Positions 9,985 to 21,277 of a DNA stretch of 64,000 bases are shown piece by piece. The stretch is from a virus. Lineage: Duplodnaviria; Caudoviricetes. The stretch covers positions 20,058-84,057 of the IMG/VR virus record IMGVR_UViG_3300027278_000001. One strand, 5' to 3'. Every line of letters begins with the position of its first letter. The first letter of the stretch is position 1. A program made the position numbers and the translations under genes. A model generated the notes under the pieces. It was not told where the DNA came from and did no database searches. It was given only the letters and a program-made list of their open reading frames with translations.

Positions 9985-11574
9985 TCAAGCTTTCGACTTG
10001 AAATTCTTTTTAAGCTCCCGGTACACAGACCGGACGCATACATCCATACTTGCTGTGTAGACTTTGAACGATTTAAGCTTCCCCGTCAACACATCAAAAT
10101 ATTGCTTATTGTACACTTCCATTGTGTACGTTGTTTGTTCATCAGCACCAGATGTACGGGCTTGTTGACGCAGCTTACGAGCTTGTTTTGCATTCATTAA
10201 TTACTCTCCTCAATAATTTTAGTAAGTTCTACAATGATTTCTTCAGCCATTGCTGTCTGACCAGTCGAATACCCAAGCTCAACATTATCATCAAAGTGGC
10301 TGTTATGCCAATCTGAAATGTCACCATCATTCAGTTGACCTGTGTAAGTCAAGTAGAACTCATCTTCAAAGGCGTGTTGTTTCTCAAGGCGTTTAATCAG
10401 CTCAAGTAGCTTCTCTTTCATATTTCCTCCTTATTTAAACTTAATTGTCACATCTTTATCACCATCATGCAACTCTTCTACATCACCATCTCCGTTGATG
10501 AATTGGAAGTATAGACGATTGTAGTCATCGCAGTCAAGCTCTCCTCCTGCAATTTCATCCAACTTAGCGTGAATACTATTGCATTCAGTATCCAAGCAAT
10601 GACCAAGCAGAAGACGGAGAGTGTACACTTCATGTTCATCTAATGTCAATGTATATTGCTCTTCCGAACAATTTTCTTCACTGAAAGGGCTTGGTACAGC
10701 ATCGTCCTGTTGCATACTCCATTTTACAAAATCATCATAACTCTCAAAGGTGTGGCTCACCATAACCTCACCAATGCTTTCTGTCTTACTAACGTATCCC
10801 ATAAATCCTCCTATTACATAAAGTTTACAGCAATACCACCAAAGATCAAAGTGATGATATTCAGCATCACACCTTGCACCAACACACTCGTAGCACCTTC
10901 ACTATTACTCAACCCTCGTACACCTTGCAGCAGGCTTGCAAACAATGCAATACCATATGCATGAGCCATACCAATAGATTGTACACCGAATGGCACGATG
11001 AACCACGTCCACAACGTAGACACTGTAAAGGCGCTAAACAGAGCCAAGACAATCATCACACCTACAATACCAAGACCTGCCAAAATTGCAACACCTACTT
11101 TGTCCATTTTACTCTCCTTATCGAACAAACTCCTCAAATACAAGCTTAGCTACAATCTGCTTGTGGCCAAATGTAGCAGCATATCGCTTATTAGCTCGTG
11201 CTTCCTCTCGTGTCTCAAATACACCAACAACACCAGCTTTGCTATCTACACAAGCCCAACCCTTGATGCGATTCTCGTACTTTGCAAACTCTTTGTCAAT
11301 CTTTTTCATTTGTAGCCTCCAAAGCCTCAATTTGTACAAGAAGATCAGCAACATCTTCATCAGTTAGATAACCAAGAACATCATCTGTAATTTCTGTGTC
11401 ATAGCACAGGTGCCATTTATCACCATCATAGAACTTAATTACAGCAAGCTCTTTCAAGCCTTCGTCACCACCATAAGTGTAAGTACCTCCCGAGATTACA
11501 CTAGCTCCATAGCCATTGTCAAACTTGTGTACTGTCTGAGTACCACCATTGAGTTCACGTTCAATCAGAATCAT
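9985..11574 (-). CDS. cluster of small hypothetical proteins (9985-10197, 10197-10421, 10431-10802, 10814-11143 membrane protein, 11118-11360, 11296-11574)
   Basis: Packed co-oriented ORFs; 10814-11143 has about three hydrophobic segments. Confidence 0.55.
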
Positions 11575-11610
11575 CTTTGTTTCCTCCGTTATTTTCTTTT
11601 GACTGCATCT

Positions 11611-11638
11611 ATTATAAACTAATTTACAGCAAGGTCAA
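11611..11638 (-). promoter_or_regulatory. sigma70-like promoter
   Basis: TTGACC-16-TATAAT on minus strand downstream of the DNA polymerase gene. Confidence 0.55.
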
Positions 11639-11656
11639 GCGGTATTTTGGGTTATT

Positions 11657-13771
11657 TTAGTGAACTTCACACCAAGACTTACCCACCTTCCCTTCACCGG
11701 CTAATGGTACTTTCAATTTAAGATGCTGTCCAGCTTTTTCAATAGCTTTTTCAATCATTCTGGCTATCTCGTCTGCAATCTCCTCTTCACATTCAAATTC
11801 CACCTCATCATGCATGTAGGCCACGCGCTTTACTACATATCCTTTGTACAAATAGTATGGTTTACGGTCTTTCCACTTGAGGCCGCCTAGCCAGAGGTCT
11901 AGGAAGCACAAGGCATAATCCATGGCGATACCGCCGCACGACTGAAAGATTGTATTTAGCAAAGCACTCTTTTTGCGCGTGCAGAGCATACGACCATCAA
12001 TTGCCGGGAGGTATTTCTCACGACCCGTTGTCGTCCAGTATTTTTCCAAGTTCTCTTTCAGCTTTTTAGTGGCTGGATTTGCTTCCCAGAAAGCTTCAAG
12101 TTTATCATTGCCCATCTTCACAGGAATGTTCAGTGTAGCGGCGAGCTTCGGCCCTGCACAACCATACATACAAGCGTAGTATCCGTTTTTACTCCAATCC
12201 CGATAAGGCTTGAAGGTCGGGTCGTCCTTACTGAAGTCAGCAGAGGTAATGTCAAATTTATTGACCTCTGGTACATGATCATAGAATGCAAATCGGGCGT
12301 TCTTTGAGTGTACATCGCCCTTCAACAATTCCTCTGCGGTCGCACCTCCATCATACTTGTAACAGTAGTGTCCTTGTACCCGGCCCTCTAATGCAGCGGC
12401 ATCTCCAGCAGCAATCAACATCCCATCCCCTGCAATCCAAAGAGAGCGAAACTCCTTTCCAAGTAGAACTTTCTCAGACGCTTTCGGGACATTTACGCAT
12501 GTACGATGCTTCTGTCTATGGGTCGCGGCTATACCTGTCCTGCCTGCACCAATACGACCATCCATTTGCAATCTTTCATTTGTCAACCACCCTTCCAGTA
12601 CAGACTGACGGTTACGAAGGCTCAACCACTTCACAACCAGCTTAACAATGTCACCCTCAAGCTTCATAAGGTTAGGACAAATCTTACCCTGCTCCTGAAT
12701 CTTAGGACTCGTCTGAATAAGTTGGCGGGTCTTAGGATCACGCATTGGTTTCCCGTCCGCTCCTCGTTGGAAATTCCAGAGTGTCGGTTTCCAGTTATTC
12801 TCCAAGAACCAATCTTTCATTTGATCTTGGTTAGCCATCTCCATAGGGAGCTTCACATCAAGCATTGAGCCTGCAATTACTGGATACTGCTCGCCATAAA
12901 ATTCCCAAAGCCCTGTCTCGGAATTAAGAACGCCATTGTGCTTCTCAACAAACTTATCCCAAGCAGAGCTAAAATCACCATTCTTTTTAAATGGCTTTGC
13001 TGGCATTGTGTAATACTTTTCCTCAGACTTCTTCAAAGCCCGTGGAGGAAGCTTAGGCTCAACTTCAGCACGAATCTCTTCCATCATTTGAGCAATACGT
13101 TCTTTAAGTTTCAAGCCACCTTCAACATCAAACTTAAAGCCAGTCAGTTCCTGACAAGACATTAGGTAGAAGCCTTTTTGTCCACACTTAAAAGCATCAG
13201 TAATGCTAAAAGGTTTACCATAAACTTCTTGCCATTCCTTTTTAAGGTATTCATAAAGCATTACGTTAACATCAACGTCTCGCTCACAATACACATCCAT
13301 CTCCGGATGCCATTGCATGAACTCTGCACCTTTTGGACTGTCCTTCTCGATCAGTTCAAGTTCAATTGCTTTTTCACGCCAATCAATCTTGGGCAAGCCC
13401 AGAATCTCACCAAAAGCCTCTACGCTGTGGCCTGAACGGTCTGGGTTGAGAAACATACTTAGATAGAGCGTATCGACAAACTGGCATGGCTTTCCTTCAA
13501 TTGTGTCTTTACCGACTGTGAATTTAATGTCCAGAAGATTTTGCAGAACAAACATATCGTAACCAAGGCCAAAGTGGAAACCCACGGTTGGATTTGGTTT
13601 TTTAAAGATGAATGAGATTAACTGATCTTTGGCAGTAGTATCCTTAAATGGATTTACCTTGATCTTCTCACCACTCTGGATATTCGTAGCACATACTGTC
13701 CAAATTTTTGTAGATTCAAAGATAAAGCCATTGGCCTCAATATCTAGAATAATCTCATTCTCACCTAGCAT
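11657..13771 (-). CDS. family A DNA polymerase with 3'-5' exonuclease (T7 gp5-like)
   Basis: Exo motifs LDIEANG and YCERDV; Pol motif A GDAAALEGR, motif B RDWSKNGYYACMYG, motif C YMHDE; uninterrupted. Confidence 0.96.
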   Translation of the reverse strand: MLGENEIILDIEANGFIFESTKIWTVCATNIQSGEKIKVNPFKDTTAKDQLISFIFKKPNPTVGFHFGLGYDMFVLQNLLDIKFTVGKDTIEGKPCQFVDTLYLSMFLNPDRSGHSVEAFGEILGLPKIDWREKAIELELIEKDSPKGAEFMQWHPEMDVYCERDVDVNVMLYEYLKKEWQEVYGKPFSITDAFKCGQKGFYLMSCQELTGFKFDVEGGLKLKERIAQMMEEIRAEVEPKLPPRALKKSEEKYYTMPAKPFKKNGDFSSAWDKFVEKHNGVLNSETGLWEFYGEQYPVIAGSMLDVKLPMEMANQDQMKDWFLENNWKPTLWNFQRGADGKPMRDPKTRQLIQTSPKIQEQGKICPNLMKLEGDIVKLVVKWLSLRNRQSVLEGWLTNERLQMDGRIGAGRTGIAATHRQKHRTCVNVPKASEKVLLGKEFRSLWIAGDGMLIAAGDAAALEGRVQGHYCYKYDGGATAEELLKGDVHSKNARFAFYDHVPEVNKFDITSADFSKDDPTFKPYRDWSKNGYYACMYGCAGPKLAATLNIPVKMGNDKLEAFWEANPATKKLKENLEKYWTTTGREKYLPAIDGRMLCTRKKSALLNTIFQSCGGIAMDYALCFLDLWLGGLKWKDRKPYYLYKGYVVKRVAYMHDEVEFECEEEIADEIARMIEKAIEKAGQHLKLKVPLAGEGKVGKSWCEVH

Positions 13772-13774
13772 TTG

Positions 13775-14440
13775 TTACTCCTTAGTAAATCCAAAATGTT
13801 CTAATTCAAGGGCTTCCCTATATTGGCATGCGGCCTCAAAAGATGCAAATCTTTTCTTATATACTTTACCTTCTTTATTTAACTGCGCTGTCCAAAGTTG
13901 ACAGTCAATATCAAAATTAACCCCGGTACGCCCTGACGTATTAACCACAGATATGCCCTTATCGTATGCTTGTAAAGAGAGGTTTACCCATTCACAATTC
14001 TCTTTGCTATATTCCTTGGCAGCGCCTTTGCGATTAAGTTGGTAGCCATCAGGCCGCTCTCCCATATCCTCCATAAAATTTAACAGGCCTTGACCTTCAG
14101 GTTCCAACCATCTTTCACAAACATAAACACCAGTCGCACCATAGCGAGGGTAGCTGGTATGAGACTTTACATAACACCTAGAAATCATGCCTCTCCAAAT
14201 TTTATACATAGGTGTCCCATACAATCCATGGAAGAAGTTTACTTGTCCAATCTTTTCCCTCGTCAAGCAGCCGCAGGATTTGGTATGCCCCTTCCGTAAA
14301 TTGGCTCCATTGGTTGTAAACTCTTTCCCACAACTACAGAGGCAGTCCCACCTAACTTGGCCATGCTTATCTCTGCCTGCCTCGGAAATAACTTTTACTC
14401 GGTGAAACTCCATCCCTGTTAAATCAATCTTCTTGCCCAT
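13775..14440 (-). mobile_element. free-standing HNH homing endonuclease with C-terminal AP2-like domain (degenerate active site)
   Basis: MGKKIDLTG, WDCLCSCG, TKSCGC, YKIWRGMISRC, YGATGVYVCERW and SGRTGV..W.A; likely ATG at 14440 overlaps the primase-helicase TAA. Confidence 0.8.
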
Positions 14441-16212
14441 TAAAACTCCTGTGGATTTGCCAGCAACCAATCTTCATAATCGGAAAGTGTGTGTGTTTCA
14501 TTTGAGTAGAAGAACTGCCCGGCAATTGGTGCAGTTCGGCCCGTCCAACGACATTTTGTCATCTTCATTGTAGTCACGTTTCTCAACACGTCATCTTCAT
14601 GCTCTTTGTTCCGGGTAAACAGCAAGTTACAGGCGCTGCTCTTAAAGATTGAAGACGACCCCATAAAATCTTCTTCATGCAAATCAGCGCCGGTTGAGTT
14701 TGCTTTAGCTCCAGAAGAGCTTTTACGTACATGGCTAATCAGAATGAATGTAACTTGATGACTCTTTACCATGCCCTTTAGCCATTTCATGAATACTGAC
14801 TGCTCTTCGTTACTCATCCCATCAAGTACGTCAGTTAGGGGGTCGAGAATAATAACACGACAATCGCAAGCGACAATCAGCTCCATGATTTGACTCTTCA
14901 AGCTGTCAAGGCCGCCATCACGCTCGTCAATTAGGTGGAAACGGTGTGTCCCATCATTATTTCGGAAAAGCTCATTAGCCTTTTCTTGAACATCATCAGT
15001 GTTAAGGAAATTAACCTTAAGCTGAGAATCATCAATCAGGTCAATCTTTTTACTAATATGCCGAGAAAGAATTTTTGTCCCATATTGAGCGCAGTCACTT
15101 TCAAGACTCACAATACCAATTTTGTGTGGACTATTAAAAACCCAATAATACACCATCTCCTCTGAGATTGTTGATTTACCTGCACCGCTCATAGACCCCA
15201 TGGTTAAGATGGTTCCAAGTGGAATACCTCCTGCCATTAGGTTCTGGAGTTTGTGCATAAAAGGTGGAAGCGGAATTTTAGGAATCAGAGCAGCTTCCTT
15301 AATCCGATTCATCAGCTCCCCACTGCCAACAATGCCGTCAGGGGTGTAAGAGTTTGCCGTAAAAAAGGAATTAATAAATTGCTTTTCTTTACCAGCCTCC
15401 AACATGCAGTTTGCATCTTTCATTGGCAAAGCCATAACAAAGATTTTACCCTTTGGAAGAACTTTTGCAATCTTATCCACTGCTTTCTTGCCAGCCTCAT
15501 CTTGATCTGCACAGATAATGATCTTAGTAAACCGAGAGAACCATTCATACTGAGCTTGAATTTGCTTTGCAGAGCCAGCTTCCCCAATTGTTGCACTCAC
15601 TACTGGGATAGGCTCATACCCTTTTGTCTTCTGATAGTCTGCAAGCATCTGGAAGCAACTGAGGGCATCAATTTCTCCTGCTGCAATAACTACACGTTGC
15701 TCGGTTGTGTTTTTAAATGCAAATTGCATAAACATCTCACAATCTTTACCTGTTTCGCCAACAGCTTCAAACCGTTTAGGATGGTGACGCACCTTGTACC
15801 CGCTAATCTCATAATTTTGAGTAGTTGGATAATAGGTTGCTGATACACTACCATCCTCTTGAGAATAGGAGTATCGAACACCAAAAGGGCGAGAAATATC
15901 ACTACGAATCCCACGATAGCCTTTACTGTCAGCGCCAGTTTGTTTCTTAATCTTCTCATTAACATCTAAATCAAAATAACTTCCCACTACATACTCCTCT
16001 TCATCATCTAAAATTTCACCATGTTCTGCAAGCCAGTCGTCACTTGGTATTGTAAACTCACACGCCCAGCAGAAGGCTCCTTTACCTTCCCCGTAGACGT
16101 GCAAATTATTCAAGGATTTATCGCCTCCACGCCGAATACAACGGGGGCAACCAGTCTTGTGTTCATGAGACATGTCAATCCCGTATTTGTTACTCAAGCC
16201 ACAGTCCTCCAA
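14440..16212 (-). CDS. DNA primase-helicase (T7 gp4-like)
   Basis: Zn finger CPRC...CWAC, TOPRIM GEIDALS and DQDEAG, Walker A GSMSGAGKST, ILDPL and SHVRK. Confidence 0.94.
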   Translation of the reverse strand: MEDCGLSNKYGIDMSHEHKTGCPRCIRRGGDKSLNNLHVYGEGKGAFCWACEFTIPSDDWLAEHGEILDDEEEYVVGSYFDLDVNEKIKKQTGADSKGYRGIRSDISRPFGVRYSYSQEDGSVSATYYPTTQNYEISGYKVRHHPKRFEAVGETGKDCEMFMQFAFKNTTEQRVVIAAGEIDALSCFQMLADYQKTKGYEPIPVVSATIGEAGSAKQIQAQYEWFSRFTKIIICADQDEAGKKAVDKIAKVLPKGKIFVMALPMKDANCMLEAGKEKQFINSFFTANSYTPDGIVGSGELMNRIKEAALIPKIPLPPFMHKLQNLMAGGIPLGTILTMGSMSGAGKSTISEEMVYYWVFNSPHKIGIVSLESDCAQYGTKILSRHISKKIDLIDDSQLKVNFLNTDDVQEKANELFRNNDGTHRFHLIDERDGGLDSLKSQIMELIVACDCRVIILDPLTDVLDGMSNEEQSVFMKWLKGMVKSHQVTFILISHVRKSSSGAKANSTGADLHEEDFMGSSSIFKSSACNLLFTRNKEHEDDVLRNVTTMKMTKCRWTGRTAPIAGQFFYSNETHTLSDYEDWLLANPQEF

Positions 16213-16257
16213 TTAATTACCCAAACACAACTACCCAAAAATCTCTAGCTTAGCCTT

Positions 16258-18902
16258 TCAATACCCATCATAATGATCATCAAAGTCATCATAATCCTGA
16301 CTACCTGCCTCATCCTTCATAATCTCAAGAAGCTTCTCTTCAATCAACTCAGAATATTCTGCAATATCTACTTGCACTTCTGTTTCATTCCCATCTTCAT
16401 CACAATCTAGCACTTGATTGCACTCCCAATCAATCTCTGTATACCCATAGCAATCCCAGTCACTGTCCGCTGATGGGCCTAGAGCTGGTTGGTGATGATA
16501 GCCTGTAACATTAACAAAGAATGTAAAGCTGTCGATGTATAGTTCATAGGATTTATCCATTTTACTCATCACTCATTCTCCCAAACCAATTTATATTCTT
16601 TAAACCATTCATTCCTATGTTTATTAGTCTGCTCATGAAATACTGCGTACTGAGATAAATAATGAGCAATCACCAACATATCCTGCTTTGTCAAGCTGTC
16701 TTGTGCATAACGTAGCTTCCACTGAAGCTCCCTACAATGTTCTACAGAGGGAATAATACGTCCACTTGGAGCTAACTTTGCATAACTCATCACTTATTCT
16801 CCTCATAATACTTAATCAAAGCCAAGAAGTCACTAAAATAACTCAACTTCACCATAGCAGCCAAACTTATCAGCAATCTTATTCCAAATGTCAACTTTAG
16901 ATTGGTGTTCTTCTGCATGAAGAAGCTCAGAGAATACTTCCCCGTCTGTTGTTTTATACACAGTAATGACCTTACTCATTTCTCACCTCCACCTTGCTTC
17001 AAAGCATAGCTAGCCACAATCTCTAGCTTCTCACCCTTGATTACATGAATCTTATAATCTGCTGGGTAGTTCCCTTTAATCTCAATTACACGATTCAAAG
17101 TCTCTCGCTCAGAGTCGTATTGCTCAAGCTCCAGTTCGTAATCATAATCACCAAATAGGACGAAGTATTTCATTGTTTGTTCTCCTCAAGTACAGCAATA
17201 TCAGTCCACTCATACTCAAATTCTGCACCATTGTTGCATTTGAGAGAACTAAAAGGTCCATAACCTTCTTCAATCTTCTGCCAACCACCGTTAGTTGCAC
17301 AAACCTCTTCAGCATACTTAACAGAATATGGGTGTATTGCTGGTTCTAGGCTCAGAACAGTCCAAACCCATACAAGTAGTGCAAATATGCCAATAGCACT
17401 TGGATCATCGTTCATTTCCCATCCTCCTCTTCACAATCAATACTAATTGAACTACATCCTAAATCATTCAGATGGCCATTGCAACCACCATCAAAACACA
17501 TTGTTTCGCTGTCTAGAACCTCTTCTGAGAGGCTTTGAGCTGCATCTCGTAGGGTAGCCTCACTTTTCAGTTTGCGTTGCTTAGAAGCGATTACAGAAGG
17601 CTTGTTGAAGGTGTAAAGATTCTTGGCTACTGGATTCCTCATGATTTAGTTGGCCAATAATAATGAACAATACAACCTACACAAAAGATTACACCAACCC
17701 AGCTCAATGTGCAAACGAATAGCGTAATGATAATGTCACTTTGTAAATCCTTTGCGCAACCCGCTTTGATTTCGATCCAATGCAGGAACAAACATAAAAT
17801 AATACATGCCGACACACCAATCAGATAAATTCCCATAAATCCTCCTAAACTTTATTAAACGAAAACGGACTCTTGGCACTAGGCTTCAAATCCTTGATAT
17901 GCTTATCATAGCCCTCTTTTGTGAAAGGTACAAGCCAAACATTCCAATTCTGATCTTTACATTCTACAGTATACACGTCACCCTCAACAGAAATTAGCTT
18001 GTGCCAGAGTTGTTCAGTGGCCCAGCAGTCTTCAGCAAAACCCTCCATCGTGTGAGTCTTACCTTGTACAGTGAATTGTACAATCAGTTTTGAGGCGTCA
18101 ATTAGCATAAGTAATTCCCCTGTGGAATAGGCAGATTCCTACGCTTCAGCTCTTCATTAATCTTCCTAAACTCAGCCGAACAAGCTTCTCGCATAGAACG
18201 CTCTTTATACCATGATTCTCCCTCAGCTGCATTCAGATAGGACATTTCACGAGCTTGTTTGTGCCAGAGCTGTGTAAGTTCATCGTCTGTAGTGTTTTCA
18301 AATGTCATTCAGACTTCTCCAACTTTACCAGCTGAGACTTCAACCACTTAGTATACTCAGCCTTCCATTCGGGATCATCAAAATCACCGCTAAGTAAATC
18401 TACAGTCAACTCAACAGCATATTTACCCAAAGCTTCTGTGAAACCCCAATCTTCCTCTCGTTTGTCGATAGCAACAACAAGTTCAACGGGACTAACAGCT
18501 TGTAGAGTGTGCGAACACACCAATTCGTATACGTTTGTCTTTGCATAACCAAACGCTGCTGGGTATTCAACTATAGTTTTAAAATCCCAAAGGTTTTTCT
18601 TCCCGGCTTTCTTGAAATCTTTCAAATTACTCATCACTTGTAATCCTCACAACAGTAGGAAAGAAACTCATCTTTATACAGAGCATTCACTTTATCAGAA
18701 AACTCCTCATCCAAAAACTGATGTGTCCAGACAGAATGTCCCATACGCTTCTCAACATCCTCATGGAATGCACTGAAATTTGTAGTGGTGATGCCTGTGA
18801 CCCCATGATTGCTAGAGCTTGTTCTTTAGTGAACTTCATTAGTTTCTCCTTCAGTTTGTTTTGATTGCCAACTAGAATACCACACATTCCTACAACGTCC
18901 AA
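16258..18902 (-). CDS. cluster of about 11 small hypothetical proteins (e.g. 16258-16572, 16569-16793, 16976-17173, 17170-17415, 17412-17642, 17639-17836, 17845-18108, 18102-18308, 18305-18637)
   Basis: Chains of ATGA-type stop/start overlaps; some predicted membrane-anchored. Confidence 0.55.
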
Positions 18903-19613
18903 TGGATTATCGCTATGGCTTTGTGGGTGGTGATAGGCTCAATCTTGCTTCAACCTCTCCAAATAAATGTGACACACTTACTCTCTTTACGGGCTGCTAG
19001 AAAAGCCATGATTGCTTTCAGTAGGCTCTCTCCCCGATACTGAGAGGTATTTTGCCAGCAATCATCAATCTTTACAATTTTATTCACTTCATATGTCCAA
19101 CCCATCAGTTAATCTCCAATTTAATCATCAACACTTGCTCTGCATTTTCAAGCTTACAATGGACTATCCAATCGATAAGATTTCCCAAAGTCCATTTATC
19201 AGGTAAAATATAGCTGGATTCTTCATAGCATATAGAACCAGTCAACATGTTTTCATTTTTCATATGAACCGAAATGACCATTAATCACCCTCCTGTGCAA
19301 GCCCCAATCATACCAACCAAAATTATTACAATAAAAATAATTAAAAGCAGCCAGAACTCTGCATTGTCTGCGTCCATAAACCCTCCTCTTCTCAAGATTT
19401 CAGAATGATGTATCTCAAAATCTGCTTGATTTCACTATCAAATACAGGATTTCCGGTTACAGGGAGATTCTCAATAGCCTCAAGAACATACTGACCTTGT
19501 AATTCTCGTTTGCACCACATACGAGCTTCCCCCGGTTATGTCTTGCAGATTATCAATATCTTCTTTAGTAGGTTGTTTCATCATTCCTCTCCTTTGTGTA
19601 CTGTATACGAAAC

Positions 19614-19642
19614 ATTCTAGCAGCCTTGTTACGCTTGTGCAA
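19614..19642 (-). promoter_or_regulatory. sigma70-like promoter
   Basis: TTGCAC-17-TAGAAT on minus strand, followed by an AGGAG RBS and ATG. Confidence 0.6.
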
Positions 19643-19649
19643 CATTTAT

Positions 19650-19805
19650 TGTGCTCTTGGGCTACAATTTATGTGTTATTGGCTGATTTTGTGGCCGAGA
19701 AGCTACACAGTAGCGACTACCAACGACCTTGTACCCACAAATCAGCATGATTGCAAGGGCTGATCATCGTAACGCAGTATTCATTCCAAAATCCCGCATT
19801 CCTCT
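19650..19805 (-). ncRNA. candidate small structured RNA
   Basis: 12-bp stem with one bulge, 19682-19694/19735-19746, enclosing GCTAC/GTAGC; lies between two promoters with only very short ORFs (16 aa or less). Confidence 0.3.
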
Positions 19806-19808
19806 GAG

Positions 19809-19837
19809 ACTATAGCCACCTAGTGAATACTTGTCAA
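19809..19837 (-). promoter_or_regulatory. sigma70-like promoter
   Basis: TTGACA-17-TATAGT on minus strand. Confidence 0.7.
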
Positions 19838-20895
19838 CCATTTTCTTGCAAAATTCCGCCGTTACGTTCATAAATTTCTATGATCTTTTCTAGATTGTAA
19901 GCCCACGTTGTTTCTGTATGCCCATCAGGCATGTCATACTTGCTGAGAACACCACACTCTAACTCCTGTTTACACTCCCTCTCTGCCTTCTTCGTAGAAG
20001 CGGTATCTGGAAACTCATGGAAGGAATGCTGTATTATCTTATAAAGAGATTTGGTATTTTGTTGTTTAGCCCTTTTTACGCTGTTTCGTGCAATGCCAAA
20101 TTTAATAGCCACCACATTTGTATCGTCCATAACCAAGTTTACATATGCTTGCTGTTGGCGTTGCACATTACAAAAGCACGACCTTCTCCCTTGCTGTAGA
20201 CCGGAACTCTGAGACTCACCTTGTCCTCCACACTCAGGACAGAATACATGCCAGTATATTTTGTGACCCATATTATTCAGTCTATCACTCCTCCAGAACT
20301 TAGTATCTGGATGAAATGCCCCAGAATCAAAGAATGACTGAATCATGACATCGTCAGGTTTTGTATTAACTTTAGAGATAGTAGTCAGTTGACATGCTGG
20401 GCAACCACGTCCAACATTAACTAGTGTGGCCACAATCCCACTCACCCACTCCCCATGTTTATCGCAGAGCATTCTAGTATTAGTTTTCTGATTAAGCCAC
20501 TTACCCTCAAATCCAAGAAATGTATAACCCAGCTCAGAAGCTTTGCGTGAGCATAATATAGTGTATTGGGCTACAGTCCACAGCGGGTGGCTTCCACAAC
20601 CACACGGAACACTACCCTTTAATAGGTTGCTTTTTAAACACTTAAAATAACCCTCGCCAAACAGATCAGGGTCTTTGGAACACTCATGGCACTTCAGGAT
20701 ATAGAACTTATTAGACCCTTTCCCGTTATCGTGCCCTACCACCTCTAACTGTGTATCCTTACCGAGTAGGGATACTTGTTGACTCCACTCGTCTTTCTGT
20801 AAACCTTTGTCACTAATCAAGTCTTTCAAATTCATCAACTTTACCCATAAAATAATTAACCCAACCATTATACACGACTTCACACCAATGTCCAC
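19834..20895 (-). mobile_element. free-standing putative homing endonuclease: zinc-ribbon (CapR-like) modules plus C-terminal GIY-YIG/T5orf172-like domain
   Basis: CHEC...CGC, CDKHGEW...CPAC, CPEC...CFC, then AYVNLV...IKFGIA...R; true start probably MNLKDL. Confidence 0.7.
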
Positions 20896-20930
20896 AAATA
20901 AATTATTTTCTTGTGTTGAGTAGAAAAATG

Positions 20931-20958
20931 TTGACAGTAATCAGAAAGGGTGTAGAAT
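20931..20958 (+). promoter_or_regulatory. sigma70-like promoter (divergent junction)
   Basis: TTGACA-16-TAGAAT preceded by an A/T-rich UP-like tract. Confidence 0.7.
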
Positions 20959-20964
20959 GGTTGC

Positions 20965-21245
20965 CGTTGAATCATTTAACAGAAATGACACTTGGTTCAG
21001 CTCGTGTGGGAGTTTTTGGGTAAACCGCCTTGTACCACATTAAAGAGAAAAGGAAAGCAGGCTCAAACGTGGGAGAATGCCTTTAATTAGGTTGCTAGCA
21101 CACGGCTAAGACTCCAGCAACGGAGGAAGGCTAGCACGGAGAAAGACTGGTTGCAAGGTCTTATCTGTCCCGCACCATTTTGGTGTGTCCCCTGTAGAGG
21201 GAAGAATCTTGTGGCTCCGGGCGAATAGAGAAATTTCTATTTTAT
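20965..21245 (+). ncRNA. candidate ~280-nt structured RNA
   Basis: No credible ORF between promoters 20931 and 21249; nested helices (21039-21045/21081-21087, 21095-21099/21130-21134, 21143-21147/21158-21162). Confidence 0.35.
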
Positions 21246-21248
21246 TGG

Positions 21249-21277
21249 TTGACAGGTTCTGAGGATTGTTCTATAGT
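21249..21277 (+). promoter_or_regulatory. sigma70-like promoter
   Basis: TTGACA-17-TATAGT. Confidence 0.7.

Noticed and set aside
11657-16212. Inteins or introns in the DNA polymerase or primase-helicase
   Set aside because: Both are normal length with contiguous motifs; no intein C/S...HN boundaries were seen.
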